This document shows, one piece after another, positions 8,046-12,747 of a stretch of 12,747 nt of DNA. Made by a program: the position numbers and the translations under genes. Every line of letters starts with the position of its first letter. Position 1 is the stretch's first letter. The notes beneath the pieces were generated by a model. It saw nothing but the letters and a program-made list of their open reading frames with translations, was not told the origin of the DNA and made no database searches. The DNA is from Naegleria gruberi (lineage: Eukaryota): NCBI GenBank assembly GCA_000004985.1, contig GG739001.1. One strand, written 5' to 3'.

Positions 8046-9333
8046 ATGGAGAAAAAACTCTACTCTCTCCAACGAGAAGAAATATTTTCAGATGATATTT
8101 GTTTTGAAATAATTTCCATGATTGATGATTCGTGGTTTATTTTGAATAATTGTTCCTTGATTTCAAAACAATTCTTTAATGTGATCAAGGAACGTTCAAA
8201 ACTTTTTATTGAATTTAAAAAAAAATTTACAGAAAAAAGAATTGAACTATTCACAAAGAGTCAATTTATGAATAGTATTGTTAAAGTTAAATTTTCAACA
8301 AATTTGTTTGTCTCTATTGAAAATCACAAATTCATAAGTGAAATGAAACAATTAACTTCACTTAATATTTCTAACAATCAAATTAATGATGAAACTGCCA
8401 AATCAATAATTGAAATGAAACGATTAACATCACTTGATATTGGTGGAAATCAAATTGGTGATGAAGGAATCAAATCAATAAGTAAAATGAAACAATTAAC
8501 ATTACTTGATATTAGTGGAAATAGCATTGGTGATAAAGGAGTCAAACCAATTAGTGAAATGAAACAATTAACATCACTCAATATTTATAACAACGAAATT
8601 GGTGTAGCAGGATCCAAATTTATAATTGAAATGAAACAATTAACATCACTTGATATAAGCTACAATAGCATTGGTGATGAAGGAGCCAAATCAATAAGTG
8701 AAATGAAACAATTAACATCACTCAATATTAGTGGAACATAGCATTGGTGTAGAAGGAGCCAAATCAATAAGTGAAATGAAACAATTAACATCACTTGATA
8801 TTGGTGAAAATCAAATTGGTGATGAAGGAGCCAAATCAATAAGTGAAATGAAACAATTAACATCACTTACTATTAGTGGAAATAGCATTGGTGATGAAGG
8901 AGTAAAATCAATACGTAAAATGAAACAACTAACATCATTTAATATAAGCTACAATGAAACTGGTGTAGCAGGAGCCAAATTTATAAGTGAAATGAAACAA
9001 TTAACATCACTTGATATAAGCTACAATGAAATTGGTGATGAAGGAGCCAAATCAATAAGTGAATTGAAACAATTAACATCACTTACTATTAGTGGAAATA
9101 GCATTGGTGTAGAAGGAGCCAAATCAATAAGTGAAATGAAACAATTAACATTACTTGATATTGGTGAAAATCAAATTGGTGATGAAGGAGCCAAATCAAT
9201 AAGTGAATTGAAACAATTAAAGTCACTTACTATTAGTGAAAATCAAATTGGTGATGAAGGAGCCAAATTTATAATTGGAATGAAACAATATGGTTCCTTT
9301 AAATTACGATTAGTAAACCTAATATGGATGTAG
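8046..9333 (+). CDS. F-box + RNI-type leucine-rich-repeat protein. The frame is broken by a 1-nt insertion at about 8737, which is either a pseudogene lesion or an assembly/sequencing error
   Basis: The protein starts MEKKLYSLQREEIFSDDICFEIISMIDDSWFILNNCSLISKQFFNVIKERSKL, a pattern like the F-box LPxEIxxxIxSxLxxxxLxxxxxVSKxW. About 13 tandem 24-aa LRRs follow, of the form SEMKQLTSLDISGNSIGDEGAKSI. The frame shifts from ORF 7965..8741 to ORF 8731..9333 at gtggaaCatagc (8731-8742). The paralogous repeat at 9093-9104 reads gtggaaatagc and lacks the C. The ATG at 8046 is the first ATG in frame. Confidence 0.75.
8337..9275 (+). repeat. Tandem array of about 13 near-identical 72-bp units, which are the coding LRR units. 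A higher-order block of about 360 bp (5 units) is duplicated at about 95% nucleotide identity (8641-8910 matches 9001-9270)
   Basis: The unit ...agtgaaatgaaacaattaacatcacttgatat...ggtgatgaaggagccaaatcaata... recurs every 72 nt. The long blocks 8641-8910 and 9001-9270 match almost base for base. Confidence 0.85.
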
Positions 9334-9501
9334 AAAGTATTTTAACAGTCCAACCTGCATTACAATTGACAGTGTTATTGTAACTGGAGTGGGATTGAAA
9401 CAAGCAAGGAATTTCATAGATTGGATAACTTCCACCATAAAAATTGCAATCAACACTTGCTTGAGTTCCAGCAGTTCCACTTAAAAAAAATAGGCAGAAC
9501 A

Positions 9502-10284
9502 ATGTTCCCATTTCACAAACGGAAAACCCAACTGTTGGACGAAACTTCATTGGAAACAGTGGATATTTTGTCTCTTGTTTTTCAATTTCTCGAGCTGAAA
9601 GAATTATTCGCTCTCCAAAAAGTATCACCCTTCTTCTACCGAACCATTGAACATTTGAAATCCTTACTGATCCGACCAATATATGAAGTTGGTTTAGTTT
9701 CGTCCGATAAGAAACAATTATCGGAATTTCTTCAACTTACTTTAAAATCAGAATTAATTAGTTCAGCCACAAAGGAAAACCCACAAAAAGTTTCAAGTAC
9801 TAGATACACTTATTATTCTACAACCGAAATCGACATGACAGATAAAAATGATGGCAATCAGCTCAAAAGTGTGAAATTTGGAGAGCATCATATGATTCAT
9901 GCTTTTAACAAGGTTGAAAAGGAGTTTGTCTTTAAGAATGATAGATTTAGAGTATTCTTTTATCCGTTGTATTGTGAAAAGAGTACGAGTTTATCACATG
10001 ATGATTATCAACGACTGGATGGGTTCATATTTTTGAATCCAAACAGCAAAGATGGATATTCAACAATGCCAAATGGATGTAGTTATTGTGCAACACTCTT
10101 GGATTATAATAATTCTTCAGTTGCCAATGAAACAGTACTAATGCCAGTAAGAAATTTCGGATCTTTTAAAGTTGAGAAAGTGAGTGAAAGATATTCGATA
10201 GAACAATCAATTCTCGACTGTATTAATTACATTTCAGAGAACTCAAATCGATCAATTCAATTGAACTCAATAGGAGATGGTTAA
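9502..10284 (+). CDS. Hypothetical protein with an N-terminal F-box-like motif and no LRRs. Its function is unknown
   Basis: The first ATG in frame is at 9502 (the ORF-track start at 9421 is TTG). The N-terminus reads ...SLETVDILSLVFQFLELKELFALQKVSPFFYRTIEHLKSL, which fits the F-box hydrophobic pattern. The remainder (…NGCSYCATLLDYNNSS…) has no recognised motif. The stop is TAA at 10282-10284. Confidence 0.55.
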   Translation: MFPFHKRKTQLLDETSLETVDILSLVFQFLELKELFALQKVSPFFYRTIEHLKSLLIRPIYEVGLVSSDKKQLSEFLQLTLKSELISSATKENPQKVSSTRYTYYSTTEIDMTDKNDGNQLKSVKFGEHHMIHAFNKVEKEFVFKNDRFRVFFYPLYCEKSTSLSHDDYQRLDGFIFLNPNSKDGYSTMPNGCSYCATLLDYNNSSVANETVLMPVRNFGSFKVEKVSERYSIEQSILDCINYISENSNRSIQLNSIGDG

Positions 10285-10337
10285 AATCATGTCTATTAGA
10301 AAAAATTTCATTAATCATTAAGGAACCCAATGATGAA

Positions 10338-10697
10338 ATGGTTGCCACTAAAATATCAGATCAAAGAGCTGATACTCTCAGAGAAAGTGAGATACATGAC
10401 CAGAAAATTGAATTCTTCAATTATCCACACAATGTCCAATTCAGTCTTTTGAAAAGACTTTACACAGCTCATTTGGGAAATGAAAATGTTAAATTCAAAG
10501 ATGATCTCTATGCCATTCAGGTTATTTTCAATCAGCAATTCAATTCTAGAAAAAGGGATTCATACGATGACCATTTGGTGGAAATGAAAACTACGCTCTC
10601 ATTCAATTTAGTATCTCAGGAAATTAAGTTCGAATACAAGAATATTACAAGAGCAAGTAGTATTGGCATTAGTAATAAAAAGTGTATCATTTGTTAG
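10338..10697 (+). CDS. Hypothetical small protein (119 aa) ending …NKKCIIC
   Basis: The ORF is ATG-initiated, and its codon usage resembles that of its neighbours. The C-terminal Cys-aliphatic-aliphatic-Cys is vaguely CaaX/prenylation-like. No other motif was recognised. Confidence 0.35.
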   Translation: MVATKISDQRADTLRESEIHDQKIEFFNYPHNVQFSLLKRLYTAHLGNENVKFKDDLYAIQVIFNQQFNSRKRDSYDDHLVEMKTTLSFNLVSQEIKFEYKNITRASSIGISNKKCIIC

Positions 10698-10838
10698 TCA
10701 ATTCCAATTAAGAAAATTCTTCTTAGATCGGAGCAATATATAAATTTTAATTTTAATTAATATTTTAAAAAATGTTGTATTAACAACTTCATCCATCTAC
10801 CAAATCATCATCACGAATAACAAAATAAATCATCAAAA

Positions 10839-11921
10839 ATGGGCAATAATCAAACCACTTCTCACAGATCCCTTCCTACCGAGCATGCATCTTTCTCCAA
10901 TTCTTCTCGCGAATATGCCAATCAATACATAATGATCGCAGGTGGTCCATCAGTAGTAATTTATCAAGGCTTGGTTGATCAAATAATTTCTATCGAAAAT
11001 CGAATAGAAAATGCTGCTAATTATGAGAAGGTAAAGAGTGAATGTTTGAAAGGTATTCATCAACGTTTGGTGAAATATTTCCCTGTTCATTTTCATGATA
11101 CAGTTTCGGAAAAGATAGAAGAACAATTGGTTGACCTGTGGCATAGCCCCAATTTTAAAGAGGAATACTTTGCGAATAGATTCCAGGTAGATCCATACTT
11201 GGTCTTGCCAACTGTATTTAATAATTTGGAGAGAGGAATCAAATTTAATTTGAAAAGAACTTGCTTGTTCCAACCAGCAGGTAGACAATATTATTTCACA
11301 ACATGCTATTCGAAAACAACTGATAATTTTCCACACAGCCGTAATCAAAAGTTGACATTTGAATTATTTGCTAATTGTTTTTCTGCTGATACTTGGGCTG
11401 ATGTAGTTGGAGCATCATTTTCTCTATCTGACTATGATAACAATCAATATTTAGATGAATTTTATCAAGTGTGTAGAAGATTGTCTGGATTTTCTACATA
11501 CAGAATGATTTTAATATTTACTCATCTTGATGTTCTCAATGAAAAGATAAAGTTGGGACTAATTAACTTTGGAGGAGATAAAGATATAGAAATTCGAAAA
11601 GAATTCAACCATATTCCAAAAGAATGTGCTCTCATCATTGAATATCTCATCAAAGAAGCCATCAAAAATATAGAAATGAATCCAAGCCATGACTTTCCCA
11701 ATAGGACATTGGAATACCACATTGTAAATACATCAAGTGACAGTGATATGAAAGAATTATTGGATTGTATTTGTATTGGAGCAAATTCTAAGAGAAAATG
11801 CTTCATATCCTCTAAAATTGAAATGCCACCTTTCTCATATCCTAACACCAGATTCAAGAGCAACATGCACAGAACCTCAGAACTAAATCAGTTTTGTGAT
11901 ATTGCAATATTGCTAAATTGA
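10839..11921 (+). CDS. Divergent heterotrimeric G-protein alpha-subunit-like protein. Its nucleotide-binding motifs are degenerate (candidate pseudo-GTPase), it has an N-myristoylation motif, and it carries a C-terminal extension
   Basis: (1) N-terminus MGNNQTTS fits the N-myristoylation consensus M-G-x-x-x-S/T, as in G-alpha. (2) YIMIAGGPSVVIYQGLVDQI aligns with the G-alpha P-loop region [21 protein letters not shown] but lacks GKS/T. (3) CLFQPAGRQYYF aligns with FDVGGQRSERKKW, so DxxGQ is lost. (4) FSLSDYDNNQYLDEFYQVCRRLSGFSTYRMILIFTHLDVLNEKIK aligns closely with FCVALSEYD…LFDSICNN…SIILFLNKKDLFEEKIK, with NKxD replaced by THLD. (5) YHIVNTSSDSDMKELLDCI aligns with HFTCATDTxNIRFVFxAV, so TCAT is lost. 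(6) About 45 extra residues follow the core. The stop is TGA at 11919-11921. Confidence 0.6.
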   Translation: MGNNQTTSHRSLPTEHASFSNSSREYANQYIMIAGGPSVVIYQGLVDQIISIENRIENAANYEKVKSECLKGIHQRLVKYFPVHFHDTVSEKIEEQLVDLWHSPNFKEEYFANRFQVDPYLVLPTVFNNLERGIKFNLKRTCLFQPAGRQYYFTTCYSKTTDNFPHSRNQKLTFELFANCFSADTWADVVGASFSLSDYDNNQYLDEFYQVCRRLSGFSTYRMILIFTHLDVLNEKIKLGLINFGGDKDIEIRKEFNHIPKECALIIEYLIKEAIKNIEMNPSHDFPNRTLEYHIVNTSSDSDMKELLDCICIGANSKRKCFISSKIEMPPFSYPNTRFKSNMHRTSELNQFCDIAILLN

Positions 11922-11966
11922 CTTTAGTTTTCCATTTCCTAAAGGTCAGAACTCTCAAAATAAAAA

Positions 11967-12747
11967 ATGAGCCAACAAGAAAAGGAGGAAACAGTGGCAC
12001 CAACCAAAGAAGAATCACAGCCAGTTTTTCCCGATGATGTGATATTTGAAATTATTTCCTTCAATAATGATTTTAAATTTACAGTAAGGAGTTGTGCGTT
12101 GGTTTCTTCACAGTGGTTTAATATCATTTCGGAAAGATCAAAACTTTCACTCACACACAACAGTAAAAAGAAAATTAATGGCCAATTTTTACAGCGTATT
12201 GTAGCTGTATTCCATTTCTTGATCAAGTATTTGATCTCAAGAACTTGACTACCCTTGACGTTAATTGTATGAAAATTAAAGATGAAGGAGTAAAGATAAT
12301 AAGTGAAATGAAACAGTTGACCAATCTTAATGTAGGCAGCAGTGGTATTAGTGTTGAGGGAGTCAAATATATCAGCGGCATGAATCAATTAACTAATCTC
12401 AATATAAGCCGCAATAATATACGAGCAGAAGGAGCCCGTTACGTTAGTGAAATGAAACTATTAACCAATCTTAATATTTATTTAAACGGTATTAGAGCAG
12501 AAGGTACCAAATACATCAGTGAAATGAAAGAATTGACTTGTCTTAATATAATGAGTAATGCAATTCACGATAAAGGCGCAGAATACCTTCGTCAAATGCC
12601 TAAATTGAAGACACTCAATATTAATTCAAATAGTATCAGTGTAGAAGGAGCCAAATTTATTAGTGAAATACAGTCATTAACTAATCTTGACATTGGTTTC
12701 AATACTATTGGAGATGACGGTGTCAAATTTATAAGCAAAATGGAAAA
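11967..12747 (+). CDS. F-box + RNI-type LRR protein, a paralogue of the 8046 gene. It is 3'-partial, running off the window, and has an apparent 1-nt frameshift between about 12179 and 12225
   Basis: The N-terminus is MSQQEKEE…VFPDDVIFEIISFNNDFKFTVRSCALVSSQWFNIISERSKLSL, an F-box very similar to that of gene 8046. The track ORF stops at 12248 (…HFLIKYLISRT*). The +2 frame, which is open from 12179, reads …FLDQVFDLKNLTTLDVNCMKIKDEGVKIISEMKQLTNLNVGSSGISVEGVKYISGMNQLTNLNISRNNIRAEGARYVSEMK… (24-aa LRRs) to the end of the window. The likely true reading is …RIVAVFHFLDQVFDLKNLTTLDV…, with an indel in or near the ttt homopolymer at 12215-12217. Confidence 0.7.

Noticed and set aside
8337-9275. Highly regular 72-bp direct repeats that might superficially suggest a CRISPR or satellite array
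   Set aside because: The repeats are contiguous with no unique spacers. They sit inside an open reading frame encoding 24-aa leucine-rich repeats, and the context is eukaryotic.
9299-9679. Minus-strand ORF of 126 aa (Cys-containing)
   Set aside because: It lies antisense to the 5' end of the 9502 F-box gene and to the 9334-9500 intergenic region. No recognisable domain is present, so it is probably chance.
1-12747. A prokaryotic interpretation of the window (operons, RBS, alternative TTG/GTG starts as in the ORF track)
   Set aside because: The 5S rRNA and the CCA-less tRNA both have Pol III T-run terminators. AATAAA follows an ORF. F-box, G-alpha and ABCC-type genes are present. The base composition is AT-rich and upstream regions are A-rich. 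All of this indicates a eukaryotic nuclear genome.

Overview
AT-rich, apparently intron-poor eukaryotic (protist-like) genomic scaffold of draft quality. It carries a 4,059-nt run of N (3402-7460) and what looks like a plasmid polylinker remnant at its 5' edge. The ORF track was built with prokaryote-style alternative starts, so its first codons and every ORF drawn through the N run are artefacts. The window contains the following, in order. (1) A short minus-strand ORF at the left edge with a BTB-like C-terminus. (2) A 5S rRNA gene on the minus strand (534-651) with a T5 Pol III terminator. (3) The 5' two-thirds of an ABCC/MRP-type ABC transporter gene (ATG 1087, running into the gap) with canonical Walker A and LSGGQ motifs. 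(4) A tRNA-Ile(AAU) gene on the minus strand (7585-7657). A 22-bp copy of the tRNA's own 5' end lies 149 bp away, and the two copies bracket a ~127-bp hairpin-containing insert. (5) A tandem cluster of three F-box genes. Two are F-box + RNI-type LRR genes built from near-identical 72-bp (24-aa) tandem repeats, each broken by a 1-nt frameshift. Between them sits an F-box-only gene. (6) A small hypothetical ORF ending in CIIC. (7) A gene for a highly divergent G-protein alpha-subunit-like protein. It keeps the N-myristoylation motif (MGNNQT) and the G-alpha fold signatures, but every GTP-binding motif (P-loop, DxxGQ, NKxD, TCAT) is degenerate, making it a candidate pseudo-GTPase. No CRISPR arrays, prokaryotic operons or obvious spliceosomal introns were seen. 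All assignments rest on motif recognition by eye and need database confirmation.
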